From Alkanindiges illinoisensis DSM 15370 (GTDB lineage: Bacteria; Pseudomonadota; Gammaproteobacteria; Pseudomonadales; Moraxellaceae): DNA of 32,000 nucleotides. The position numbers and the translations under genes are program-made. Numbering within the stretch: the stretch's first letter is position 1; each line of letters begins with the position of its first letter. Below the pieces are notes generated by a model. The model made no database searches. It saw only the letters and a list, made by a program, of their open reading frames with translations, and had not been told where the DNA came from. The stretch is from positions 1,510,064 through 1,542,063 of the forward strand of contig NZ_JHUX01000003.1 of assembly GCF_000619845.1 (NCBI RefSeq). Direction: 5' to 3'. This document shows positions 1 through 8,978 of the stretch, one piece after another.

Positions 1-2
1 CA

Positions 3-104
3 GTCAGTTCGGTAAGCAGCAGCTCCAATGTAATATCACAGGCCCCGGTAAAGGTGTATGCCGTAGATGGCGTTTATACCGCCTCTAATATTGAAACCTA
101 TTAA
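3..104 (+). CDS. Possible 3' end of a CDS truncated by the window edge
   Basis: Frame 3 is open from the edge to TAA 102-104 (...SQAPVKVYAVDGVYTASNIETY*). Frame 2 is also open to TAA 86-88, so both the frame and the reality of this CDS are uncertain. No family recognised. Confidence 0.2.
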   Translation, partial: VSSVSSSSNVISQAPVKVYAVDGVYTASNIETY

Positions 105-307
105 TGCTTTGATTCGGGTTTATGGCAGAAGTAGCAATAGCCTTAAACCCATCTTAATTTATTATAAAAACCCACTGCATTTTGCCCCTACTGCTCTTTG
201 AGCTATTGAAAAAGTCCTATAAAGCTCTACTTTATCTACATCATGATCAAGGCTTTTTAGCCTGCTAAGATCATTTTTTTACCTATTATTTTAAGAGGAA
301 TATGTAC

Positions 308-1204
308 ATGATGCGGATTGGTTTGTTTTTGCTGACCAACCTCGCGGTACTGGTAGTTGTTGGTATTATCCTGTCTGTACTGGGCGTTGGCTCAACTCAT
401 GGTCCCGGTGGCCTGAACTACACTAACCTGTTGGTGATCTGTTTTGTGTTTGGTATGGTGGGATCAATGATCTCGCTATTTATGTCCAAGTTTATTGCCA
501 AAAAAACCACAGGCACCGAGATCATTGAAACACCACAAAATCCGGCAGAACAATGGCTGGTTAGTACTGTGGCTGAGTTATCCAGTCGTGCAGGCATTAA
601 AATGCCAGAAGTGGGAATTTTTCCAAGTTATCAATCCAATGCGTTTGCCACAGGCTGGAATAAAAACGATGCACTGGTGTCAGTATCTACCGGTTTGCTG
701 GAGCGTATGAATAAGGACGAGCTGCGTGCTGTCCTGGCGCATGAAATTGGTCACGTTGCCAATGGCGATATGGTCACGCTGGCGCTGGTTCAGGGGGTGG
801 TCAATACCTTTGTGATGTTCTTTGCGCGGATCATTGGTAATTTTGTGGATCGCGCTATTTTCAAGAATGAAAGTGACAGTCCGGGCATGGGTTACTTTAT
901 CACCAGCATTATCATGGACATTGTACTAGGTATTCTGGCCTCAGCCATTGTCATGTGGTTTTCACGGATGCGCGAATTCCGGGCTGATGAAGCAGGTGCT
1001 CGCCTTGCCGGTAAGGATGCGATGATTTCTGCCCTGCTGCGCCTGCGTGCCGAGAATGAGTTACCCGATCAAATGCCACAGGAAATGAAAGCCTTTGCGA
1101 TTAATGAAGGTAAAGAACAAGGTTTTAGTATTGCCGCCTTGTTCCATAGTCATCCAACCATTGAACAGCGTGTGGCTGCCTTGCAACAGTTAAATGTGCA
1201 TTAA
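308..1204 (+). CDS. htpX: Membrane zinc metalloprotease HtpX
   Basis: The N-terminus [15 protein letters not shown] matches E. coli HtpX. HEIGH zinc motif present ([11 protein letters not shown]), with TM segments. GAGGA at 295-299 sits 8 nt before ATG 308, so I prefer 308 over the ORF-track start 302. Confidence 0.92.
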   Translation: MMRIGLFLLTNLAVLVVVGIILSVLGVGSTHGPGGLNYTNLLVICFVFGMVGSMISLFMSKFIAKKTTGTEIIETPQNPAEQWLVSTVAELSSRAGIKMPEVGIFPSYQSNAFATGWNKNDALVSVSTGLLERMNKDELRAVLAHEIGHVANGDMVTLALVQGVVNTFVMFFARIIGNFVDRAIFKNESDSPGMGYFITSIIMDIVLGILASAIVMWFSRMREFRADEAGARLAGKDAMISALLRLRAENELPDQMPQEMKAFAINEGKEQGFSIAALFHSHPTIEQRVAALQQLNVH

Positions 1205-1244
1205 GGCTTAAGCTGCTCAACATAGTGCTTTTAAAATCCAAACT

Positions 1245-1275
1245 AAAAAGCCCTGAATGATTCAGGGCTTTTTTA
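1245..1275. terminator. Bidirectional intrinsic terminator between htpX and fadH
   Basis: Stem AGCCCTGAA (1249-1257) / TTCAGGGCT (1261-1269) with a 3-nt loop, flanked by an A-run and a T-run. Confidence 0.85.
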
Positions 1276-1299
1276 TGACCAATGAATCGTCAGTAATTT

Positions 1300-3330
1300 C
1301 TATAGTCGGGCGGCCAGCTCTCCACCTTCACGGATTGCCCGCTTGGCATCCAGCTCGGCAGCCAGCGATGCACCACCAATCAAATGGTAGCGTGCACCGA
1401 GTTGCTCCCCTTCTGCTGGCATTAGCTCTCGCACTGATTCCTGCCCGGCACACACCACTACCGTATCGACACGCAGCAATTGTGACTGGCCATCTACGGT
1501 AATCCACAGGCCTTCTGGGGTGATGGCATCATAATTTACACTACGCAGCATGCGCACACCATGCTTTTTAAGCTGGGCCCGATGTACCCAGCCTGAGGTT
1601 TTACCCAGTCCTGCACCAACAGGCGTGGATTTGCGCTGTAACAGGTAAATCTGGCGGTATGGCGGATGCACCTCAGGTCTTACCGTACCGCCCTCACTAT
1701 CATAATTGGGCTGAGGATCAAGTCCCCATTCGCGCTGCCAGTCTGCCAGTGGCTGCGGCTGCGGAATAGCTGGGTTATGCAGCAGGTACTCGCTGACATC
1801 AAAACCAATACCACCGGCACCAATCACTGCAACCCGCTGGCCTACGGGTGCGCCTCGCAGTACTTCCGGATAAGTCAGCACATTGGGTAGCTCAGCCCCG
1901 GCCAGCTTTAAGGCACGCGGTGCAATGCCAGTGGCAATTACCACATCATCATAGCCTTCACGTTCCAGTTGCTCACGATTCACCCGGGTGCCCAGCCGTA
2001 CTTCCACTCCATTTTTCTTGAGCATGGTTTTGTAATAACGGATGGTTTCATGAAACTCTTCCTTGCCCGGAATCACCTTGGCCAGATTAAACTGCCCGCC
2101 CACATCAGTATTGGCTTCAAACAGCGTAACCTGATGACCGCGTCCGGCAGCAACTGTCGCTGCAGTCATGCCTGCCACACCGCCACCCACTACCGCAATA
2201 CGGCGGGGCTTACGGGTTTTGACATATACCAGCTCGGTTTCATAACCGGCGCGCGGATTAACCAGACAAGTACCCCGCTTGTTTTCAAACGCATGATCCA
2301 GACAGGCCTGATTACAAGCGATACAGGTATTGATTTCATCAATCCGGTTGGTGGCTACCTTGTTGACCCATTCCGGATCAGCCAGCAACGGACGCGCCAT
2401 TTGAATCAGGTCAGCCTTACCCTCTGCCAGAATTGCCTCGGCAGTTTGCGGCATATTAATCCGGTTGGACGCAATGACCGGAACAGACACATGCTTTTTG
2501 ACTTCAGCCGTAACGTCGGCAAAAGCAGCACGCGGCACTGAGGTTACAATGGTAGGAATACGGGCTTCATGCCAGCCAATGCCGGTATTTAGCAAGGTAA
2601 TACCAGCCTGTTCCAGCGCCTTGGCAACCGTAATGACTTCTGCCATGGTATTACCGTTATGCACCAGATCCAGCATGGACAGGCGAAATGAAATAATAAA
2701 CTTGTCACCCACAGCCTTACGGATCGCTTTTACAATTTCGACAGCAATACGCATGCGGTTTTCAATAGGACCACCCCAGCGGTCAGTGCGCTGATTAACA
2801 TGCGTGCTTAAAAACTGGTTTAACAGATAGCCTTCCGAGCCCATAATCTCAACCCCGTCATAGCCTGCATATTTGGCAAGCTTGGCACAACGGGCAAAAT
2901 CACTAATGGTAGACCAGATTTCCTTATCTGAAAGCGCACGTGGCTTGAACATGGAAATGGGTGATTTAATGGGACTGGACGACACGACAAACGGCTGATA
3001 GCCATAGCGTCCCGAATGCAGAATCTGCATCAGGATTTTGCCCCCATGCCGATGCACCGCATGCGTAACCAACCGATGATTGATTGCATCAGCCAACGTA
3101 TTCATGGTGCCGCCAGCCGGTAATAGCCAACCCTGACGATTGGGTGAAATGCCGCCTGTAATCATAAGGCCCACCCCGCCCTTGGCACGTTCAGCAAAAT
3201 AGGCAGCCAGTTTGGGATAATTATAGAAACGATCTTCCAGACCAATGTGCATTGAGCCCATGACCACACGATTTTTAAGCTGGGTAAACCCAAGGTTTAG
3301 CGGTTCTAGCAAATGCGAATATGGCTTCAT
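1300..3330 (-). CDS. fadH: 2,4-dienoyl-CoA reductase (FMN/Fe-S/FAD, NADPH-dependent)
   Basis: MKPYSHLLEPLNLGFTQLKNRVVMGSMH aligns with the E. coli FadH N-terminus. Cys-rich NTCIACNQACLD region, followed by the dinucleotide fold VVGGGVAGM. Start moved from 3345 to ATG 3330 by homology. Confidence 0.9.
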   Translation of the reverse strand: MKPYSHLLEPLNLGFTQLKNRVVMGSMHIGLEDRFYNYPKLAAYFAERAKGGVGLMITGGISPNRQGWLLPAGGTMNTLADAINHRLVTHAVHRHGGKILMQILHSGRYGYQPFVVSSSPIKSPISMFKPRALSDKEIWSTISDFARCAKLAKYAGYDGVEIMGSEGYLLNQFLSTHVNQRTDRWGGPIENRMRIAVEIVKAIRKAVGDKFIISFRLSMLDLVHNGNTMAEVITVAKALEQAGITLLNTGIGWHEARIPTIVTSVPRAAFADVTAEVKKHVSVPVIASNRINMPQTAEAILAEGKADLIQMARPLLADPEWVNKVATNRIDEINTCIACNQACLDHAFENKRGTCLVNPRAGYETELVYVKTRKPRRIAVVGGGVAGMTAATVAAGRGHQVTLFEANTDVGGQFNLAKVIPGKEEFHETIRYYKTMLKKNGVEVRLGTRVNREQLEREGYDDVVIATGIAPRALKLAGAELPNVLTYPEVLRGAPVGQRVAVIGAGGIGFDVSEYLLHNPAIPQPQPLADWQREWGLDPQPNYDSEGGTVRPEVHPPYRQIYLLQRKSTPVGAGLGKTSGWVHRAQLKKHGVRMLRSVNYDAITPEGLWITVDGQSQLLRVDTVVVCAGQESVRELMPAEGEQLGARYHLIGGASLAAELDAKRAIREGGELAARL

Positions 3331-3462
3331 CAGGCAATCTCTCATGCAATAGGAAAAAGCAGTAGCACCTATTTATTTTTCATCAATAAGCGCAAGCAAC
3401 AGGTCAATAACCCGTAACACATCAAATGGGTAGATTTTAATAAAGTACAGGCTTACTGTCAG

Positions 3463-3476
3463 TGACCTAATGGTCA
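3463..3476. promoter_or_regulatory. Candidate operator palindrome TGACC-TAAT-GGTCA in the fadH/fadL divergent region
   Basis: Perfect 5+5 inverted repeat with a 4-nt spacer. It is flanked by direct TACTGT copies (3454-3459, 3478-3483). A third TGACC lies at 3494-3498. Confidence 0.25.
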
Positions 3477-3750
3477 GTACTGTTGTGTAAATTTGACCTG
3501 TGCTTCGGTAAAAATTATTTCTTGCGAAGGATTTAAGCAATTAAACGCTTTTTATTAACCGACTATTTACATTTTCTACAAAAATCTCATATTTTTTAGC
3601 AGTGCTGTTCTTTGCTTGTACCAATCAAGTTCTTATGCTACACATTATCAGCATTATGCATGCATTATTGAAAGTCTATGAATAAGTTAAATTTATTGGT
3701 AAAGTTTCAGTAATCGTGGACTTTTTGAATAATCAGCGAGGATGATCAAC

Positions 3751-5082
3751 ATGTTTTCTAAAAAAAGTACATTGGCAGTTTGTATTACAGCTGCTTTAAC
3801 TGGAGCTACTGGAAGCGCTTTTGCGGCAGCTTTTCAGTTGAACTATCAAAGCACGGGTGCTATTGCCCTAGCAAATGCGGGCCGCGCTACTTTAACCGAT
3901 GATGCCTCTGTCGTTTATACCAACCCTGCCGGTATTAGCCGTCTGGATGGTCAACAGGTCTCTGCTAACGTCAGCGGTGTATTTCCAAAAACAGATATTA
4001 CCTATCCTTCTGCTGTAACTAATCCTGTAGCAGCAATCGGTGGTGCACAAATTAATCTGGGTGGAACTGCTGAAGGTGATGCAGTCGAAGACAGCGTCCT
4101 GGCATCAGCGTTCTGGGCAATTCCCAATATTGGTGTTGAAGGTCTGTCCGCTGGTTTAGGTTTTTATCAACCATTCGGCTTCAATGCAGACTATGAAAAT
4201 AGCTATATCGGACGCTACTGGGGTGATAAAACTGAACTCGCAGTATTAACGCTGCAACCTTCTGTTAGCTATGCAATTGACGATACCTTGTCTCTAGGCG
4301 CAGGCGTTACCATTAACTATGCAGATGGTAAACTGACTCGTCGCATGCTGGCTCCACTAGACGTATTATATCCAGTCCAAGGGCTTAATCCCAATAATGG
4401 CCTGCAAAGTCTGATTGGTGATGACGTTGCCTATGGCTGGAACTTTGGTGCACTGTGGGACATTACACCTGAACTCCATCTTGGTGCAGTCTATCGTTCA
4501 GAAGTAGATTATGACCTCGAAGGTAGCGTCCGCTTTAGCAATGTTGATGCGGCACTTGGCTTACCATTCACTACTGGTCAGTACGACGCCAGTTTGAGCT
4601 TGACTACCCCTGAAAGCTATGAAGTTTCAGCAACCTACGATGTATCTCCAACGACCAAATTACATGGCACCTGGATGCGTACCAACTGGAGTAGTGCCAA
4701 AACATTGCCGATTTCTATTCAAGGAACAGCGGTAGGCACTTTCAATACTGCTGAAACCTTGGGTTATGACGACACCAATCTCTATGCGGTTGGGGTAAGC
4801 TGGCAACAAACTGATCGTTTGGGTTTAAAAGCAGGCTTTGCAGTAGATGAGGCCGTTGCCGGACTGCACCCTTCAGCACGTATTCCAACCGCCAAACGTT
4901 ATCTGCATACCATTGGTGCCAACTACATGTTTAATCCAAAAACAAGTATAGATCTGGCTTATATTTATGCTCATGAAGACAAGGCTCATGTTAGTGCCAC
5001 AAACGCGGATTCCGGTACCTATAATGCTACTTTCCAGAATCGTGCTAACATCATTTCTGCCCAGTTAAACTACAAGTTTTAA
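3751..5082 (+). CDS. fadL: FadL/TodX-family outer-membrane long-chain fatty acid / hydrophobic compound transporter (paralogue 1)
   Basis: Signal peptide ...GSAFA|AAFQLNYQSTG. FadL-like N-terminal motif (QLN...G.A.AG.A...DAS....NPAG). C-terminal aromatic residue ...NYKF. GAGGA at 3738-3742 favours ATG 3751 over 3742. Confidence 0.85.
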   Translation: MFSKKSTLAVCITAALTGATGSAFAAAFQLNYQSTGAIALANAGRATLTDDASVVYTNPAGISRLDGQQVSANVSGVFPKTDITYPSAVTNPVAAIGGAQINLGGTAEGDAVEDSVLASAFWAIPNIGVEGLSAGLGFYQPFGFNADYENSYIGRYWGDKTELAVLTLQPSVSYAIDDTLSLGAGVTINYADGKLTRRMLAPLDVLYPVQGLNPNNGLQSLIGDDVAYGWNFGALWDITPELHLGAVYRSEVDYDLEGSVRFSNVDAALGLPFTTGQYDASLSLTTPESYEVSATYDVSPTTKLHGTWMRTNWSSAKTLPISIQGTAVGTFNTAETLGYDDTNLYAVGVSWQQTDRLGLKAGFAVDEAVAGLHPSARIPTAKRYLHTIGANYMFNPKTSIDLAYIYAHEDKAHVSATNADSGTYNATFQNRANIISAQLNYKF

Positions 5083-5102
5083 AATATTAGTAAGTTAACT
5101 GC

Positions 5103-5131
5103 AAAAAGGACGATTTATTCGTCCTTTTTTA
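5103..5131 (+). terminator. Intrinsic terminator after fadL paralogue 1
   Basis: AAAAAGGACGA / TCGTCCTTTTTT hairpin with loop TTTAT and a T-run. Confidence 0.85.
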
Positions 5132-5233
5132 TAAGGTTTACCAAATCACCAAAAAATGACAACATAGTTTATGAGTGATGAAATCCATTAATTTCTAAGC
5201 AATCAGCTTTTATCTTAATTTTCAATTCATTTT

Positions 5234-5249
5234 CGTGACTTAAATCACA
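5234..5249. promoter_or_regulatory. CRP/Vfr-like site CGTGA-N6-TCACA upstream of fadL paralogue 2
   Basis: Matches the TGTGA-N6-TCACA consensus at 9 of 10 positions. It lies about 110 nt upstream of ATG 5351. A weak -10-like TAAACT sits at 5273-5278. Confidence 0.3.
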
Positions 5250-5293
5250 TGGTAGCATTTTCCTAAATACGATAAACTTCATCCCGAAAACCG

Positions 5294-5319
5294 CCTTCAG
5301 CTAATTGAAGGATTTTTTC
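5294..5319 (+). promoter_or_regulatory. Short hairpin plus T6 tract in the fadL paralogue 2 leader (terminator/attenuator-like)
   Basis: CCTTCA (5294-5299) / TGAAGG (5306-5311) with a 6-nt loop, then A-TTTTTT (5313-5318). It ends about 30 nt before the start codon. Confidence 0.35.
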
Positions 5320-5350
5320 TACCATTTTATTCATCATGGAAAGACGACCA

Positions 5351-6832
5351 ATGAAAATGAAGTCCCTTGCTGCTGCTATAGCGCTTACTCTTGTGCCAGT
5401 TACCAGTGTGTTTGCTGCTGCCCTAGACCGCTCTGGCCAGTCTGTTGCTGCCTTCCTGCAACCTGACAATTATTTTGAGGCTGGTTTTTCTGTTCTGGAT
5501 CCGGATGTTTCAGGGAAAGAAGCTGGGACAACAATAACGCGGAGAAATATTGGGGACATGGCAGATGACTATGCATTTCCTCAAGCTGCCATCAAGTTAC
5601 AGCCTACCAAGAATTTCTCATTTGGTATTTTGTATGACCAGCCGTTCGGTGCGGATGCAAAGTACTCTGGGAATAATGCATTTGTAAGTCAAGGGACTGA
5701 TACAGCCATCCTGAGTCAGGGTTTGGCAAATACAATATTCTCTGGTTTGAGTGCTACCCAGCGTGTAGGCGCTGCTTTACAGGCACAAGGCGTTGATCTT
5801 AGCACGGCGGCTGGCCAAGCCCGGTTAGCAGCTACTGTTGCAGCTTATAACGCTGATCCGACTACCAAACAGACAATTGATAATGGTGTAAAAGCTGTCG
5901 TTGATGCGAGAGTTGCTGGTGCTTTAACTAGCCCTGGTGTTACCGTTGGCGGCACAGGTGGAGGCACTCAGGTTGAAGTAGAAACCCAAAATTTAAGCTT
6001 CCTGTTTGGTTTCCAGCCAAATGAAAACTTTAACTTTTATGCCGGCCCGGTGTATCAAACCATTAAAGGTGATGTAAACCTAAGAGGTTTGGCCTATAGC
6101 GTGTATAGCGGTTACGATGCCAAGATTTCAGAAGAAACCGCTTGGGGCTGGCTGGCTGGTATGGCTTACCAGATTCCTGAAATTGCCTTAAAAGCATCTA
6201 TCACTTACCGTTCTGAAATTGACTACGATGCCAATGTCAAGGAAACCATTCCCACTTTAGGTGCCCTGGCACTGTTGGATCCAACTGCACCAGCTACAAT
6301 TGCAGCTGCTCAGGGAACTACCGCTATTACCACACCACAATCCGTCAATCTGGATTTCCAGACCGGAATCATGGCTAATACCGTGGCATTTGCCAATGTA
6401 CGCTGGGTAGACTGGACTAACTTCACCATTCAGCCTTACAAATTTGGTCTGGTTTCTAAAGCAGTAGGTGCCTTAGCTAATCAGCCTAATGGATTTAACC
6501 TGGTTGAATACTCCGATGATCAATGGTCCGCTAACGTGGGTGTAGGTCGTAAGGTAAACGACAAATGGGCGGGTAACGTGTCTGTAGGTTGGGATTCTGG
6601 TGCGGGTAACCCGGTATCAACCTTAGGCCCAACAGAAGGTTACTGGAATGCTGGTGTTGGTATCCAGTATAGCCCAGCGCCAAATTACTTTGTGGCTGGT
6701 GGTGTGAAGTATTTCTGGCTGGGTGATGCCAAGGCACAAACTGGTGCACAGGCTGGTACCAATGCCTATGCTGCTGACTTTAGCGACAATAGTGCCATTG
6801 CTTACGGCCTGAAACTGGGCTATCGCTTCTAA
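5351..6832 (+). CDS. FadL-family outer-membrane transporter (paralogue 2, with extra Ala/Gly-rich segment)
   Basis: Signal peptide ...TSVFA|AALDRSGQSVAAF, the typical FadL-homologue N-terminus. Terminal ...LGYRF. GGAAAG lies 7 nt before ATG 5351, so that start is preferred to 5336. Confidence 0.8.
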   Translation: MKMKSLAAAIALTLVPVTSVFAAALDRSGQSVAAFLQPDNYFEAGFSVLDPDVSGKEAGTTITRRNIGDMADDYAFPQAAIKLQPTKNFSFGILYDQPFGADAKYSGNNAFVSQGTDTAILSQGLANTIFSGLSATQRVGAALQAQGVDLSTAAGQARLAATVAAYNADPTTKQTIDNGVKAVVDARVAGALTSPGVTVGGTGGGTQVEVETQNLSFLFGFQPNENFNFYAGPVYQTIKGDVNLRGLAYSVYSGYDAKISEETAWGWLAGMAYQIPEIALKASITYRSEIDYDANVKETIPTLGALALLDPTAPATIAAAQGTTAITTPQSVNLDFQTGIMANTVAFANVRWVDWTNFTIQPYKFGLVSKAVGALANQPNGFNLVEYSDDQWSANVGVGRKVNDKWAGNVSVGWDSGAGNPVSTLGPTEGYWNAGVGIQYSPAPNYFVAGGVKYFWLGDAKAQTGAQAGTNAYAADFSDNSAIAYGLKLGYRF

Positions 6833-6874
6833 TTTTTCATGATTTGAATACTAAACTGAAAAATTAAAGTGTAT

Positions 6875-6904
6875 AAAAAAGGGCGATTGATTCGCCCTTT
6901 TTTA
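6875..6904. terminator. Bidirectional intrinsic terminator between fadL paralogue 2 and thrH
   Basis: AAAAAAGGGCGA / TCGCCCTTTTTT hairpin with loop TTGAT. Confidence 0.85.
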
Positions 6905-6977
6905 TCGTGTGCTTTTCTGGTTATTGTCTGCTTTTCTGGTTTTAGCAGTCTATACCAGAACCTTGCACGTATATTGG

Positions 6978-7595
6978 TTAAGCCGGAATATTACGCTGGG
7001 ATACAGCGCGAATGGCTTCTTTTAAGGCATCATAGCCATGAATGGCTGGAAACTGCGGAAACTCGGCAATTACATTGGCAGGTGCGTCAAACAGGAAACC
7101 ATGATCGGCTTCACCCAGCATGGTGGTATCGTTGTAAGAATCACCTGCTGCAATCACGCGGAAATTTAGCTGATGCAAGGCTTTAACGGCTTCACGCTTT
7201 TGGTCAGGCTGACGTAGTTTGTAATTGGATATCATGCCCTTGTCATCCACTTCCAGCTTGTGGCAGAAAATGGTTGGCCAGCCCAGCTGTTGCATCAGCG
7301 GATGGGCAAACTCATAAAACGTATCAGACAGGATAATTAACTGAAAATGGGTACGTACCCATTCTACAAATTCCTTGGCACCCGGTAATGGGCCCATGTC
7401 AGCAATCACCTCTTGAATGTCTGGCAGGCCTAGATTGTGTTCACGCAGGATATTTAAGCGCTGAGTCATCAATACGTCATAGTCTGGAATATCACGGGTA
7501 GTGGCTTCTAACGCCTTAATGCCGGTTTTCTTGGCAAAATTAATCCAGATTTCAGGTACTAAAACCCCTTCCAAATCCAAACAGACCAGTTCCAT
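6978..7595 (-). CDS. thrH: ThrH-type phosphoserine phosphatase / homoserine kinase (HAD family)
   Basis: MELVCLDLEGVLVPEIWINFAKKTGI...TTRDIPDYDVLM...AAGDSYNDTTML is near-collinear with Pseudomonas ThrH as I recall it. HAD DxD-type motif (CLDLEG). Confidence 0.85.
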   Translation of the reverse strand: MELVCLDLEGVLVPEIWINFAKKTGIKALEATTRDIPDYDVLMTQRLNILREHNLGLPDIQEVIADMGPLPGAKEFVEWVRTHFQLIILSDTFYEFAHPLMQQLGWPTIFCHKLEVDDKGMISNYKLRQPDQKREAVKALHQLNFRVIAAGDSYNDTTMLGEADHGFLFDAPANVIAEFPQFPAIHGYDALKEAIRAVSQRNIPA

Positions 7596-7868
7596 GATGA
7601 CTCCAAATCTTAAAAAAATATTTAACTAAGCCAGATTTATGCGTCGCAACTGTACATGGGTTTTTGTATTTGGTCGAGTGCTAATATCCCTGCGCTTTTG
7701 TTTTGCTGGCTTTATTTTTATCTAAAGGGTTGAGCTACTAAAAAATGATAGCACTTTACTTTATAATTGAGTACTTGCCATTACACCGTTTTGCCTGAAC
7801 AGTTACTATTTTATAGGCCCTGTTTGTATCCCAGCCGGTTCTGTTCCGCCATTTTGCCAGGAGTTCTC

Positions 7869-8603
7869 ATGACTGTTATTCCCACTATTAACGAAACTGA
7901 AGCCTTGGCCCAGGTCTATGCCGATCGTTCACCACGCGAAATTCTTGAACTAGCGCTAAACCAGCCCGGTGAAATTGCCATTTCCTTTAGTGGTGCTGAA
8001 GATGTAGTGCTGATTGACATGGCGTCACGTATTGGCAAACCATTTCGGGTATTTAGTCTGGATACAGGCCGGCTGCACCGTGAGACTTACCAGTTTATTG
8101 AAACCGTGCGCAAGCATTACGGCATTAAAATTGAAATCTGTTTTCCGGAGCCTGAGGCGGTACAGGCCATGGTTAATGAAAAGGGGCTGTTCAGCTTTTA
8201 TGTGGATGATCACAAGGAGTGCTGTGGAATTCGCAAGGTACAGCCGCTGCGTAAGAAACTGGCAGGGCTGGATGGCTGGATTACAGGACAGCGCAAGGAT
8301 CAAAGCCCCGGCACCCGTACTGCCATTCCCGTGATTCAGGCTGATCCGGGCATGGCAGGCCCTGGCCGTGAGCTGATCAAGTATAATCCGCTGGCCAACT
8401 GGAGCAGTAGCGATGTGTGGAACTACATCCGTATGATGGAAATTCCCTATAATCCGCTGCATGAAAAAGGCTTTGTTTCGATTGGCTGTGAACCTTGCAC
8501 CAAGCCCATTCTGCCCAACCAGCATGAACGTGAAGGTCGCTGGTGGTGGGAGGAAGATACCAAGAAAGAATGTGGCCTGCATGCCGGAAATATCCAGTCC
8601 TGA
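7869..8603 (+). CDS. cysH: Assimilatory adenylyl-sulfate (APS)/PAPS reductase, Fe-S type
   Basis: PAPS_reduct fold. Cys pairs KECCGIRK and SIGCEPCT, plus catalytic KECGLH. CAGGAG at 7858-7863 lies 5 nt before ATG 7869. The ORF-track start at 7767 is a TTG extension with no support. Confidence 0.9.
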   Translation: MTVIPTINETEALAQVYADRSPREILELALNQPGEIAISFSGAEDVVLIDMASRIGKPFRVFSLDTGRLHRETYQFIETVRKHYGIKIEICFPEPEAVQAMVNEKGLFSFYVDDHKECCGIRKVQPLRKKLAGLDGWITGQRKDQSPGTRTAIPVIQADPGMAGPGRELIKYNPLANWSSSDVWNYIRMMEIPYNPLHEKGFVSIGCEPCTKPILPNQHEREGRWWWEEDTKKECGLHAGNIQS

Positions 8604-8645
8604 GATCCGCCAGTGGTAAAATCCGTTTAATAAATAATCTTGCTC

Positions 8646-8681
8646 ATGCCCTGCTTTCATAAGGAACAGGGCATTATTTTT
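8646..8681 (+). terminator. Intrinsic terminator after cysH
   Basis: ATGCCCTG (8646-8653) / CAGGGCAT (8667-8674), followed by TTATTTTT. Confidence 0.7.
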
Positions 8682-8978
8682 AGCTGTTTTTTGTAGTTTT
8701 CATCACACAAAAACCAATTATATTGTCTAACAATTAAAGCCTCACTTAAGTAAAACTGTATTTAAGTATTTCACTTAAAAATATTTCTAATAGATAGCTT
8801 CTTGAAAAACAATGCATTTGCTAGTCATCTACTTTTCTTGGCATGACTCATGCTTAGTCTCTATATCATGCTACAATGCTTAAATTGTCTTACATTATTT
8901 AGATGTTCGCGTTTAGCATCGTGTGATATCCCTATATGTTGAATTTAATAATAAGCTATGTTTTTGGAGAGGTTTAAC

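Noticed and set aside
200-240. Heat-shock (sigma-32) promoter upstream of htpX, expected by analogy with E. coli.
   Set aside because: Only a TTGAAA -35-like hexamer (206-211) is present. The downstream segment does not resemble CCCCATNT. At best this is a weak sigma-70-like TTGAAA-16-TACTTT.
1969-2541. 190-aa plus-strand ORF, together with neighbours 1257-1502, 1666-1890 and 2465-2794.
   Set aside because: They are antisense to fadH, whose reading frame is supported end to end by homology. Shadow ORFs.
6869-7186. 105-aa plus-strand ORF starting inside the fadL terminator.
   Set aside because: It begins within the terminator hairpin and runs antisense into thrH. It is not credible.
8025-8660. 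211-aa ORF on the minus strand.
   Set aside because: It lies entirely antisense to the well-supported cysH CDS. It has no SD or recognisable motifs, and its composition is typical of shadow ORFs.
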